NCBI GenBank assembly: GCA_028534125.1
Contig: CM052817.1
Span: forward strand, 43,154,001 to 43,218,000
Direction: 5' to 3'
DNA: 64,000 nt
Source: Lama glama
Taxonomy: Eukaryota
Position numbers and translations under genes: made by a program. Within the stretch, counting starts at the first letter, position 1; the number at the start of each line of letters is the position of its first letter. Shown one piece after another: positions 11,918 to 24,680 of the stretch. Below the pieces are notes generated by a model. That model saw nothing but the letters and a program-made list of their open reading frames with translations. It made no database searches and was not told the DNA's origin.

Positions 11918-14900
11918 AGAAGGGGACGGGGGAGGTGATGGTGGGGGTTGGGGGCGAGGGTGAGGTCCGGAGCCCCGGGTTTGGGGTCCCGGCCCAGAGG
12001 CTTCAAGCCTGGCTTGTCGGGTCCGGGCTTCGATCAGGGAGGTAACCCAGGGGCTGGTTTTGGTGCTGGCCGTGCGGCGAGGTCTGTCACGGCTAGCAGT
12101 TGGTATGTCACTTTGGGGGCTTAAAAATGCCACCGACAACTTTACCCCCGTTAAGGAACTTCTTGCTGCATTTCTAAGCCGCTTTTCCAGACCTTCTCCC
12201 CTGAGAATCTTCTTCCGCTCGCCCACCCCCGAGCGTGGGAGGTGGGAGCAGCGCGGAACTAGAGCGGATTCCAGTAACCCGACTTCTAAAGCCGTGGTGT
12301 CGCACTCTGTAACAGACGCCGGTGCTAGGAAGCGTTTTGCGGTTTATAAATTACTTAGGAGTACTTTCAAAATTTCGTGTGTGCTGTGCAACAGCCCCGT
12401 GAACTGTTCAGAACAGGTATTAAGTCTGTTTAGAGACCTTTCATCACCTTTGTCCAAGAGAGCTTAACGGACTCGCCCAAGGTCACATGGCTGGCTTGTG
12501 GCAGAGCTACAACTTCAGGGGACATCCTTTGATACTTAGTTTCGTACTTGGGGCCATTCTGGAAAAGGCTAGCGTCAGATCGTTGAAAAACGCAGACTTA
12601 GGACTGTGTAGGACTGCTTGGAAGCAAAACCAGCCATTGGTTTCTCCCACTCCTTTAACGAAGAGACTTAACCCATTTGGAAAAAGGAAGGGAAAAAAAA
12701 AAAACGCATTGCATCCATTTCATAAACTGCAGGAATCTCAGTGCCTGCGGGGTGAGGCAGGCAACGTGAACGTGGTGTAAGACTTAAGAACGGTTAAGAA
12801 TGGAAAATAATAGAGTATGTGTAAAGAGAGCAGCTGATTCTCAAATCCAGCCTGCTTTTTCCACGTATGAATACAGGCCCACTGTGGCCAGAGGTTCCAG
12901 TTTCTTAAGAGAAGCCAGAAATCTGGAATTTTTTTTTTCCTAATACGGCATTTCCCAAATTTTGTTAAGTGTAGGCCAAATAAATTGTGCCTGCAGGACT
13001 TGAGTGTGCACCTTCTATGAAAGTAGATGAATGTGGTTCTATCCCAACTCCTATTTATTTATCCAACTTTTTATGAGATACAGGCAGAAACATTAGAAAA
13101 TGTACTTAAGGCAAAAGCTTAGGGCTTAAAATCCTGCATTTTTTCTTCCCGCCTGCTATTTCAAGAGAAGCTATTTCTGCCAACGTTGAAACAGTGCTCT
13201 GGATATAGGCATTTTTTTTTGCTGCATAACCCACTAAGCTAAAACTCTTCATCCAGAGACCTGACCTTTAAAGCACATTCCAGCTCAATGGATGTCAGAT
13301 TCTCTGTCAGATAATTGATGTGGTGTGACAATTGGGGATTTCCATTTGGAAATAAGCTGACCCTTCTTCTTACTGTGGGGAATCACTGTGGAGTCTTATT
13401 CCTACAATTAGAATTACATTTTTCAAGCAGAAAAACTGAGAAATTTAGTCACTTCATACAATTCAAAACTACTATCAGCCTAATACAACTTCACCTGATG
13501 ACAACACAAGAGTAAATAATGTCCTATGATCAGTTTGTGAGCAAATTTATCACAATAGCTGTGGTTTAAAAAAAATTACTTCTCTGTACTCCTATAACCT
13601 GAGTTCTGTTATGGAAGTTGATCATTTGTTTAAGGCATACACCTCCTCTCAAAAATTTTGGGTAACATTAAGCAGTGTGTTCTTTAATTTTTCACCAGAC
13701 AATAAAATTTGGATTTGTGTGATCTTCTCAAAATGTTAGCATCACAATACTCTATGACAAACATACTACTAATAAGAATGCAAAAACATTGTGTTACTAA
13801 TAACAGGAATGCCAAGCATTTACACTAATTACCCAAAGATGTTGCTGTTACCTGTCAGACTGTATCCTGCTAGCCACTTGGTGAGTGAAAATTGACTGTC
13901 CTTAAACCATTTTTTAGGCAGAAAATGAGATACTAATCAGTGGAAAAACTATATTGACAATTCTAGTCTTTTGGTTTGGGCTCATTATACCATGGCTATG
14001 CAAGAACATTCACTTTGGCTTCCTATTGGAAAATAAAATCTCTAGAAAAAAAATGTGGATAATGTACATTCTGACCATCTTAAACACTGTCATTGAGGTG
14101 ACTTATAATAAGAACACAGATATAGAATAGTTTAATAAAGGTAAAAGATTCAAATTACATTTCAGGTCTTTTTTTAATACCTATGTCTGTCTTCCAAATG
14201 TTTACAACTGTACTACTATAAAAATTGTTGGGAACTCGCCACCTAATAAAGACTTATTTTTTTAAGCAGCTTGCTTCAGTTTGCAAGGTTTCATATTACG
14301 ATATACTGATAAAGTCAACAGACCATTGTAGCCAACTAAAGGATTCTGAGATCTTTAAACAGGAAGGAATTTGACAATGGGGGCAGGAGGATTATTGTTA
14401 TATTTTTATCTTCTCCTGGAAAGTTGTAACCCTTCTTGTTACTTTGACCCTCCTCTGTTTTACACAAAGGTGGCTCTCAAAGATATGTGTGAACTGAGAA
14501 AAAAGACTGACATGGATCAAAGTAATTTACTGGTATAAGTCATCTCTTCCAATGCCTGATTAACCATTTTTCCTCACAAGTCAGTGTTTTCTTTTGATGA
14601 TACATTATCCATCATTATTACCCTCATTATGTTTTGCTATTAAGAAAAATTATCCTCCCTGCATAACAATATTAGTTTATACCTAGTTAAATGCCCATCT
14701 TTGTTTTCCAAAAAAGTAGAAGTCCTGAAATCCATTAGAAGAATATATATGTATATATCTCCATTATTAAAACAAGTTTTTTAAATGTCACTGATATTTA
14801 AATCCTCTGTTAAAACTACTCAGCATCATCACTACACCTGCAAAAAATGTATAAACATCTAGGAAAAATTCATCTGATAGTATAGTTTAAAATACAAAGA

Positions 14901-15284
14901 TGTTCACAAATACTTTTAATAGGAGAAATGACTCATTTGACATGAAATATTTTTCTGTGCTAGAATTCTTCCTGTAACTTGACCATGCTTTTTAAAAACA
15001 CTGCAAGAGGTTGGCAACTTCACCACCAAGAGAGGTACTTTGATCTTCCACCTAGCTGAATTGGAGAGAGAGGGGACACCAGGTACACAGCACCTTAGCC
15101 TCACACCTCATGACAGGAATACCCTCCTGCCTCCAGAAGCATTCGTCCCAGAATGGGATTACAGGCATGTCCCTGGATATGTTCCTAGCGTCCCTCTCCT
15201 TGATAGCCTTGGCATTTCCCTCCTACCGCTGAGCTGCTACCCTGCTCCCAGTTACATTTATACCAAACTTCAGAGCATGAAGTA

Positions 15285-16960
15285 AGAACTGATTCTTACT
15301 GGGCACTTGTGATGTACCAGTGCTACTCAGAAGCATGTAACATGTATTAACACAGTAAATCTTCAGGACAACTGTATGAAATAGTATTTTGGATTATCAC
15401 TCCTACTTTACAGATAAGACTACTGATTCACAGAAAGATTAGGTCACACACCTGAGGTCTGTTTTGTGACTTATAACAGGTTTCACAAATAGGTAGTATG
15501 ACATTATGCTTTAAACCGCTACACAACACAGACTTTCCTTGAAAGCGCACAGTGTACGGTGTGATGGCTACAGTCTGAGGACGTAGAGTCCCCTCCTGTG
15601 CCTTGTGGACACGTCACTCACCTGACATCAGTGTCCTACTCAAGTTCAGAGAACCCGATGATAAATGAGATTGATTTCTGATTAACCAGGTATTTTTAAA
15701 ACTTAACAAATATTTGCTGAATATCTACAGTGGGTAAAACACTGTGGATTGGGAGAGGGTGTAACTAGGAAGGGCAAAGTTGAATATGACAAATCAAGTT
15801 CTCAAAGAGTTTTAGACTGTCATCAGGTGGGGGGAGACAGGTATGTACACAACCATGTAATAGAGGCAGGGAGGAAAGATTAGGAGTGGAGACAGAGTTG
15901 ACCATAAGCTCTGAACAGAAATGATGAGCTCTAAGTTTGTGCTGTGACGATACATTGCCTTCAAATCTCCTTCTGACAGTATGGTTGGTGTTCTGATTTT
16001 CAAGACTTCTGGGGACAGAAAAGCAGCTCCTCTGGGTTTGGAAGCAGGTCAGTGGTTCCCATGGAAAGATGTCGATGCTCTCCCAGTGTGTTGAACCAAC
16101 GCTGAATCTCCACACGTGGCAGCATTCACATAAACACAAGCAAAACTCTATTCAACTTGCTCTGAGAGGAACAGAGAGAAAGAAAGGATTGAAGCTACTG
16201 TCAGCTTTTGCTTCAATCTCTTATCAAAATTCACATCTTGTTTTACCTAGACTTCTGCCAGCTGTAATAGAGATTATTTATTGAACCTGTACAATGTACT
16301 AAACAATGTGTGAAACAATATACAGTAAGAACCCATTCAGTATGGTGAGAGTCGGGGAATTTCAGAGTTGGAAGGTGATATCATCAAATGGAGAAACTGA
16401 AAGGAGAACAGGCACATTTACTGAGCAACTGGTACGTCTCAGGCATTGTGTTTTACACTGTATACATTTAATCCTCTAACAAGGGAAGTAGGTGTTACTA
16501 CACCTGACATACAGCTCTCTCAACTCCAATCACCCTGAACAGTTTTCATTTCTTACCAACCTGTTTCAGGCCCCACTGCTCCTGTAAGGAGGACTGCCTT
16601 GTTCTTTATCTCAATTAGCTGACTAAGTGGGTGACTATGTGGAAATCCAAGGCCGCCTCCCCTGTGAAAGCTTTCCTGACTGCCGCCATCTGGCAGTCGC
16701 AGGTAGAAGGGACTCATTTGTACCCCACACTACTCTTTAAAGACTTCTCGAACTACACCTATCACTTAATCACAGGGACCTCATTACATGCCTGCCTCCC
16801 TCTCTCCACTACATTGTAAGAGGTTTAAGGTTTAATGGCACATTGTTTTCTTATAACCCAGTGCCAAGCAATGTGCTTGACATTCAGTGAGTATTGAACA
16901 GGTAAATGAATAACTTAGCCAAAAATCTAGTGAGTGGTAGAGTTAGGGGTTGAGACCAGG
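15285..16960. mobile_element. Cluster of MIR and L2 fragments
   Basis: MIR(-) ~15290-15540 (cctactttacagataagactactga), MIR(+) ~15560-15670, L2(-) ~15690-15990 (aacaaatatttgctgaatatctac), L2(+) 3' end ~16600-16912. Confidence 0.6.
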
Positions 16961-17613
16961 CTTAAGTCTCAGGTGTGTCTGAAATCCCAGGCTTCTTAGC
17001 TTATCTGCACCTGCATTTTATTCATCTTTAGACCAGGGAGAGTATGTTTTTTTAATTTTTAGTTTTATGCTGTAGTTTTGAGTTTATTTCTGTTTTTTGA
17101 AGTGGGAGCTGGAAGGTGATGTGATCTATGAATATTAAATAATACACAGTCAATACCAATCACAGTGCTGGACACATAGTAGGAAATCAAGAAATGTCAG
17201 ATCCTCTTTCTTTTGTATCATCTTGTTCAAGTTTTACCAAATGTGGCAGTGCTAGGACCCAAGCTGCTCTACCATGCTAGCCTTTCACCACAGGTGCTTC
17301 ACACATAGAACCTAATGATTCTTCTTTGGGGTGAGTTTTAGGCTTCTTAACATTTATCATTTTTTTTTCTATTTTGGCAGACTTTAAACTGCAAATTGTA
17401 GTAGAGGACAATATGGGTAGACTTGGGACAAGGAAGAGCCTTTACCTGGCTGAATGTTTCAGGAGAACCATGGCTTCTTCATTGTTATATATGTCTGGCC
17501 CCTAGTAAGTGCTTGATAAACATTTGTGGAGCTCAAGTACATTGGCCAACTTAAACCAGATGGTTTGCTGGATCTTTGCAGACTGTCTTAATGGAAGAAA
17601 TACAGGTAGTGGC

Positions 17614-17715
17614 GAAAAGAAAGAAAGAAAAAGGAAGGAAGGAAAGAAGGAAGGAAGGAAAAGAAAAGAAAGAGAGAAAGAAAGAAAAAGAAAGAAGGAA
17701 AGAAAGAAAGAAAAA

Positions 17716-17779
<64 letters not shown>

Positions 17780-17866
17780 AGGAAGGAAGAAAAGAAAAAG
17801 AGAAAGGGAGGGAGGGAGGAAGAAAAAGAGAGAGGGAGGGAGGGAGGAAGAAAGGGAGGGAGGGAA
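17614..17866 (+). repeat. Compound (GAAA)n/(GGAA)n/(GGGA)n microsatellite; 253-nt pure purine tract
   Basis: No pyrimidine on the + strand between 17614 and 17866. Confidence 0.97.
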
Positions 17867-19315
17867 TAATTAAGAAATGGCAAACTGTGCAGTATATGGA
17901 ACTACAAGAAAGGCAATTCTGATTGTGGAGTAGAAAACTTAAACAAGGGTAAGAGCAGGACAGCCTAAGTAAGAGAATGCCGTAAGTAATAATGTCAATA
18001 AGACAAAGACAGGAGAGAGGTGAGAATTTTCATACTTGAAATCAATCTGAAAGCAAAACCTGAGGCTGTAATGAAAGCGTGGGTCCCCACCACTCAAACA
18101 AGTCTGCCCTGTGAGGCTAATTTCTTTTCACTGGCAAAAATCTCACCCTTGTCCTTTTGCTGTTTCTGTTTCCCTGACCCTGAACACTGTCTTTCCCTCC
18201 TGTTCATCCATCTTAGACATATACAGCTTTCCCAACTTAACTTACCTCCTCTAGGAAATGTATCCCCAATTTCCCCACTTCATGGTAATCCATCATTTCT
18301 CTGAACCATTGTAGCACTTTTGTCCACATGCAAAGCTTAGCATACTGTATTCTTAATTATCCACTGTATATAAGTCTTAAGTGTCAAAGAAAATACATAA
18401 TGTATAGTTTTTATTTTTAAGTAATGCCATTGCATATATAGCCCAATATTAGGTACATTATAGATGTGAAATACTTATTGAATTAAATAGTCAAAGTGCC
18501 TGGAAAATTAATGCCACTTTGAATTGATATTTTGAAATGTTTTTAATTTTATTTTGAATTCACAGGAAGAAATTAAAGACACGATTTGAGGGGAGCGTTA
18601 CAATTAATCATAGTCTAGGTAAACACAGATAAATTTGACTGTACTTTGGTTTAAATGTAAAAGGTAAGTAAGTTCCTGTTATAGATCTTTCCCCAGAGAA
18701 ATCTTTATAAAGTGTGGCCAGGTAGTATATAAAAGTGATTTTTATTATTTATTTTCATCTTGGTGAAGATCAAACACCACATTAGTGCATATATCAGCTA
18801 ACATGAAAATTATATTTATGTACCCATTTCTTAAATTATAATATTTGTAAATTGCTTTTTGTGGACCTTATTCAATTATATAATTTGCAAATTGCTCTAA
18901 ATATAATACTCAAGGAAATCATTCTTAAAGGATACATACATATTTTTTAACCTTTTAGTTTTTCATTCTTCAACATGATACCTTGTTTTTTGTCTCTCTT
19001 ATCTCGGGACAGCACTAGGCCTACTTATAGGGACAGATTAGAAACATTTTTCCCTTTACCATGACAACACCCAGCTAGGGTTTACTGATAAACTAGTAGC
19101 AAGTCAGACCATCTACAAGATGCAGGAGGAACTCCTGAATAAGAACTTGAATTCAGGAGTCAAATACATTGTATAGCTAAAAGAAATTTATGTATTGTTA
19201 ACATTTTATTAAAATCCTTGACATTTGTATCCAAATGTAATATTCACTGTTGAGTTCCCATGTATCCTTTTTATAGATAAGCACATTTTTATAAGCTCTG
19301 AACTTATAAATTTAA

Positions 19316-19334
19316 TGTGTGTGTGTGTGTGTGT
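19316..19334. repeat. (TG)n microsatellite
   Basis: Directly visible. Confidence 0.9.
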
Positions 19335-21159
19335 ATTCAAGCAGCTTTGCACTAAATTTTCATTCTGTATTGACAGATACCAAATTCAAATTTTGCACAT
19401 ATACATAAACACACTTGGTCTGTGAAAATGTGTCTAACAATACATTTTAAGCAAAAGAATTCTTGCGAGAGATATTAATGCTCACATTTTATTCCAAAGA
19501 GGATTAACCAATTATAGATTTGGCTCGCTTAAATGTTAAACTTTTTTGGATTAATATGACAACAAATAGTTGACCAAAACCTTAAAAAATTAAATCAAAG
19601 AACTAAAATTTTCGCAAATAATTTTACAGAACAATTTTAATTTTTGCTGAATTTATCACTTGTTTTAATAGCATTTGCACACAGCCTCAGAGAGTTACTT
19701 TAGCAACTTGGCTATCCCTGTGTAAGTAAATTAATTAAATGGACACTTATTGCAGGCCTATGTACACATTCACATGCACACAGCCTTGTGCTACTCACAT
19801 GAGAAAATAGAAACAAGACATAAAATCCAAATTCTAAGCCAAACAAACGTCGAATCTAGTCGCTGTAGGGGTGGTTTCTTGTGTTCATGATCATCCTGTA
19901 CATTTTTTACATTTCTTCTGCTTCTGACCTGTATACATCCTTTCCTACTCACCACTGTTACCTTTCTCACTTAGGACCTATCAACTTTCCTATAGTAATC
20001 ATAATGAGTAATCAATCCCTGTTTCTCTAATAATGAGAGCTTTAATGACTATTCTCTATAGTAATTCCCTGCCGGTCAGGAATAAAATGTAATTGAAGTG
20101 TATACTATATGTGCATCTGTGACAAAAATAAGTACTTTTAAGACAAACATCAGTGTTTCAGTTTAATAAAAATATCAAAAATACAAACACATTCCCTTAT
20201 TTAGAAGAGATTCATTTTAAATTCATCTTCATCAGAAGAATCCATGATTAGCAATTCTAGTAGAACATTCATTAATATTTCATGCTGTCACATCTCTGTT
20301 CAAAAAAGCCACACTAATCACTAATTCAACCAATTCAATATATCTGAATTATCAGGAATTTATAAACACTTTCTAATTATGCATGAACTAAATCTTTAAC
20401 TAAAACTGATTTTTAAAAAGAAGTAAAATGCAAAAACTGTGTGTACTTTTAGTTATATGATTGTTTTGGGAAGACTTTTATTCATTTCTACTGATTAGGG
20501 TACCTACAGAATGTGTAATCAAAATCAATTTCATAGCTATGCTTTATTCAGTACTCGTGAATTTAGCAAATATTGTTTATAACAGTACTTTCAAGATATT
20601 ATATTATTATGTTGAAAGAAATACAATTTCTTAACCAACAAGTTCTACTGGTTGTTGAGCATGTAAAGCAGTATATTTTGAAAAAGAAATAAAAAAGAAT
20701 ATAGCTTGATGATTTCTGTGTTTCTTTACTCACTGACAAAAAGAAAAATAAAGATTAGTAATTTCACGTAAATAATATTTTCTCAGATGAAAGTGTATTA
20801 TGTAAGGGTAATAGTGTTAGGTTGCCTAGATTCTAATGTGTTGCAGTTAATTTAATAGGCTAGATGGATAATACATGACAGCCCTGAAGACGAAGTTAAC
20901 TTCTTCGTGATGCCACTATTTTGCTTGATTTGTGAAGCTTGTTGATGTGTGGTGTTTTTTTTTTACTAGAAATCCAGCAAGAGCAGAACATAAAGATTTT
21001 CTCCAACAAAACTACCTACCATCTCTCTAGCCACATAGATGTTAGCAGAAGGGAGCAAAATTAGTGTGAACAGAGAACTGGCACCCCAAACCTACATGCT
21101 GAGTTTTTATTTCTGAATTCTAATATCAGGGTTACCTTTTATAAACAATCTGGGTCTCT

Positions 21160-21730
21160 GTCAATTCATTCAATTTAGGGTTCATTATTCAACAAATGCT
21201 TATTAAGCTAACCACCATGTGTGACCCTTTAAGGGATAATATGATTAATAAGGCACATTCTTTTTATTCAAGAATTACAGTCTAAGGAAAAGTCAGATAC
21301 ATTCATGTCTTACACAAGGCAGAATGCAAAGTGCTGAAATAGAGATAGGAAATGCTAAAGGAATGTAGTGGGAAAGATATATTTTAACTAATGTATTAAA
21401 TGGTCTTCATAGAGAAGGTGACATTTGACATGGATATTGGAGAAGAGCTGAGATTTCATCAGGTAGTTATGACAGATCCTGTAGGAATGACCTAATCTGC
21501 CCCCCATACCTCTCATCTCATCCTCCTTTAACCTGTATTGCCTTTTCTTTTTTCATAGTATTCATCTTCTAATTTATTTATGATAAATATATTGTTCATT
21601 TACCACGACTAGAATGTAAATATTCAGGTAGGGATCTTTGTTTTGTTCACTGATGTACTTTGGTGCCTAGAATTTCCTGGCTTATTGTGGGCGCTTCATA
21701 AAAATATGTGGAATAAATTAATGAGGGGAA
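21160..21730. mobile_element. L2 fragments in both orientations
   Basis: attcaacaaatgcttattaagc (minus-strand 3' end); gactagaatgtaaa...gggatctttgttttgttcactg (plus-strand 3' end). Confidence 0.6.
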
Positions 21731-21919
21731 AATATAAGTTAATCACGGAAGCAGAAAGTGCAAAGTATTTTTTTTCAAAATTATCCAGTGTGGCACGTAT
21801 GACTGTAAAAAACGTTTGATGGCCATATGATATAAGTACACCAGCATCTAGTACACCAGATGTTTTGTTTAATGTCTGGCTCACTCTTCTCCAGTGGATT
21901 TTCTGAGATGCTCAGAATG

Positions 21920-22090
21920 TTCTGTATCTGAACCATCCACTACGATAACCACTAGACACATGTAGCTATTACTGAGCACTCAAAATGTTGCTAGTACAAC
22001 TGAGGAACGGGGTTTTTGTTTTGCTTAATTTTTAAAAATTTAAATTTAAATAATTTGATATGGGTAGTGACTACCATTCTGGATGACAAG
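21920..22090. mobile_element. MER3-like hAT-Charlie element
   Basis: ccactagacacatgtagctatt..gagcactcaaaatgttgctagtacaactgaggaac...aatttaaatttaaataa...gtagtgactaccatt, quasi-palindromic. Confidence 0.75.
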
Positions 22091-22174
22091 ATACATATAT
22101 TGTTCTTTTAGAGGGTTCAATAATGACTATCTACTGATTTATTTGACAATTTTATGCATGGGCAATGAAGTATA

Positions 22175-24680
22175 TTGCATGGGCTCCCACATCCAGGAAG
22201 ACAAAGTAGAGATATTTTTCTCTATTTTTGTTTTTTTATTTCTTCCTGGACTTTACATATAAAACAAACATGAAAAGACTCTGAGAGTTGAAGAAAAGGC
22301 AGACCATCTAGAGACTTTGAGGAACAACATGGTGGCAAGTGGATTTTCTTTTTGCCTCACATATCCTAGACCTAAAACTAAAGAAGCAAACAACCCAGAA
22401 TGCCAGTAGGGGCAGGAAAATAAAACAGCAAAAGCCTATGCTCTCAAATCAAAAGACCAAGAAGGGGATGCCCTAAAAATTTCAGACATGACTCTCTCTA
22501 TTTCCAAACATCCCTACTTTCCTATGGTGCCAAAAGCTACAGGAAAAACTGCAGTCCCTCTCCTACCCAGACTGGCAAAGGCTGAGTGGGAACCGAGACT
22601 TTCCTCCTCGTGAGCTGTAAGGAGACGCCCTGACCGCCAGGGCTTTCATCCCCACTGCCCTGTAATGCATCCCTGTGAAGTGTCAGCGGAGACAACACGG
22701 GGAACTTGGACTTCCAACACCACTCATCAGTGACCAGACACCCCTGCCTTTCCCCACCGAGGTTGTGTCGGAGGAAGTCTAGTGGAGAGTCAGGACTCTT
22801 ACGAGTACTCAGCAATAATGAGGCTACCGCCAGTAATGCCAGTAGGGACCATATGGGGAGGTGAACTCCCACTCCTGCCAGCAGTAATGAGGAGCCCACC
22901 TCCATCTGATGACAATGAAGGTGAAACTGGGACAGTCTACTTCCACCTTCACCTGGCTGTAAGGAGGTGGTGCCCACCATTCTCCTGCCAGAGTGATTTC
23001 AGAGAAAGACAGTTAAAACAGAAGGCTTAAATAAGCCCCAGACTCTTAACAATACTAAAATATTCAGGTTTCATTAAAAAAAAAATTTACTTGTCACACC
23101 AAGAAGTGGGAAGAAATCAAGATGATGTTGTTCTTTCAGATGTTGCATAACAAATGAACCTCAGTTGAATGAGTGAATCTCAAACTCATAACCTATAATG
23201 AAAAATAATATGAAAATGAATATATGTATGTATATATATGACTGAAACATTATGCTGTACACCTGAAGTTGATACAACATTGTAAACTGAATATACTTCA
23301 ATTTAAAAGAAAAAAGAAAAATTACTCAATCTGAACAACATAGAAAAATAAATTAAAACAAAAATGATCAGAGTCTCAGAGACCAATGGGACCAAAACAA
23401 AAAATATTTGTATCATTAGAGTCCAAGAAGAAGAGAAAGATGGTGAGACTGAAAAAGGACCTGAAGAAATAATTACTGAAAACTTCCCAATTTTGGAAGA
23501 GGCAAAAACTATAGATCCAGGAATCTCAGTAAACCCCAAACAGAATAAGCCCAAAGAAACCCACACCACAACACAGTAAAATTAAACTTCTAAAAACAAA
23601 CAAACAAAAAAATTGAAGGCAGCTGGAGAAAATGACATTTTACCTCTAGAGGGGAAAATAAGTGACAACAAATTTTCATCAGAAATCATAAATGCCAAAA
23701 AGAAATGGCACAAGATCTTTCAACTGCTGAAAGAAAAGAACTGTCAATCCAGAATCCTACACCCAGCAAAAATATCCTTCAGGAATTAAGAGGAAATCAA
23801 GAAATTCTCAGATGAAGAAACACTAAGAGAATTTGTTATCAACAAACCTAGTCTAACAGAATGATTAAAGGAAGTTCTCTAAACAGAAAGGGAATGATAA
23901 AAGAAGAAATCTTCAAGCATCAGAAGAACATGATAAGCAAAATATAGGTAAATACAATAGGTTTTCTTTCTCCTCTTGGTTTTCTAAATTAAGATTGATG
24001 GTGGAAGCCAACAATTATCACACTGTCTGATGTGGTTCTACATAGGAAATATTTAAGACATTTATATTGTAAACAAGGGACAATACAGGAACACATGGGG
24101 GAAGTAAGTTTCATATAATACACAATAAACTCAAAATGGATCTTGGATTCAAATGTAAAACCTAAAACTATAAAACTTTTAGAAAAAAAGTAGGAGAAAA
24201 TATTTGAGATGTAGGGCTTTGCAGAGGTCTTAAATTTGACCACGAAAAGCATGATCAAAGAGAAATTCATGAGTCGAATTTCATCAAAATTTAAAACTTT
24301 TGCTTGTGGAAAACCCTTTTAGGAATACAAAAAGATACACTCCAAACTGGAAGACAGTATTTGTAAACCACATATGCATTAGAAAACTAGTATCTAGAAT
24401 GTATAAAGAACTTTCCAAACTCAGTAGTGAAAAAAACAGTCCATTTGGAAAATGGACAAAAGATATGAGCAGACATTTCATGAAAAGGATATAAAAATGG
24501 ACGCACATGAAAATACATACCGTATTCTGAGCCATCAGGGAAATGCACATTTAAACCACAATGAGGGATCAATGCATACCTATCAGAATGGCTAAAATAA
24601 AAAAATAGTGACTGCACCAAATGCTGGCAGTAATGCAGAGAAAGCAAATTACTCATACGTTGCTGATGGGAATCATCCAG
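22175..24680 (+). mobile_element. Old L1M(C)-type LINE: 5' UTR, decayed ORF1, inter-ORF spacer and C-terminal ORF2 remnant
   Basis: ORF1-like translation NICIIRVQEEE...EEIITENFPIL and aatccagaatcctacacccagcaaaaatatccttcagg. ORF2 3' part from ~24115 (aactcaaaatggatc...gggaaatgcacatttaaaccacaatgag). Confidence 0.85.
23187..23320 (+). mobile_element. Younger lineage-specific L1 3' end inserted into the old L1
   Basis: taacctataatgaaaa...tatatatgactgaaacattatgctgtacacc...cattgtaaactgaatatacttcaat plus A-tail; same tail family as at 38.1, 49.7, 55.2 and 57.6 kb. Confidence 0.8.

Larger units (their letters stand above)
10940..12350. promoter_or_regulatory. CpG island / TATA-less promoter and 5' UTR of BMP2K
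   Basis: Abrupt very GC- and CpG-rich block around exon 1 in a CpG-depleted background. GC boxes GGGGCGGGGC at 11553-11562 and 11692-11701. Confidence 0.93.

Noticed and set aside
11052..12467. Several long overlapping ORFs (129-309 aa) across the CpG island
   Set aside because: Pro/Arg/Gly/Ala-rich products expected from stop-codon scarcity in very GC-rich DNA; several start at non-ATG codons and none has a recognisable domain.
17509..17922. Lys/Glu/Arg-rich and Phe/Leu/Ser-rich ORFs
   Set aside because: Translations of the (GAAA)n microsatellite.
22537..24656. ORFs in the 22.5-24.7 kb region
   Set aside because: Decayed L1 5' UTR/ORF1/ORF2 sequence or its antisense; not host genes.
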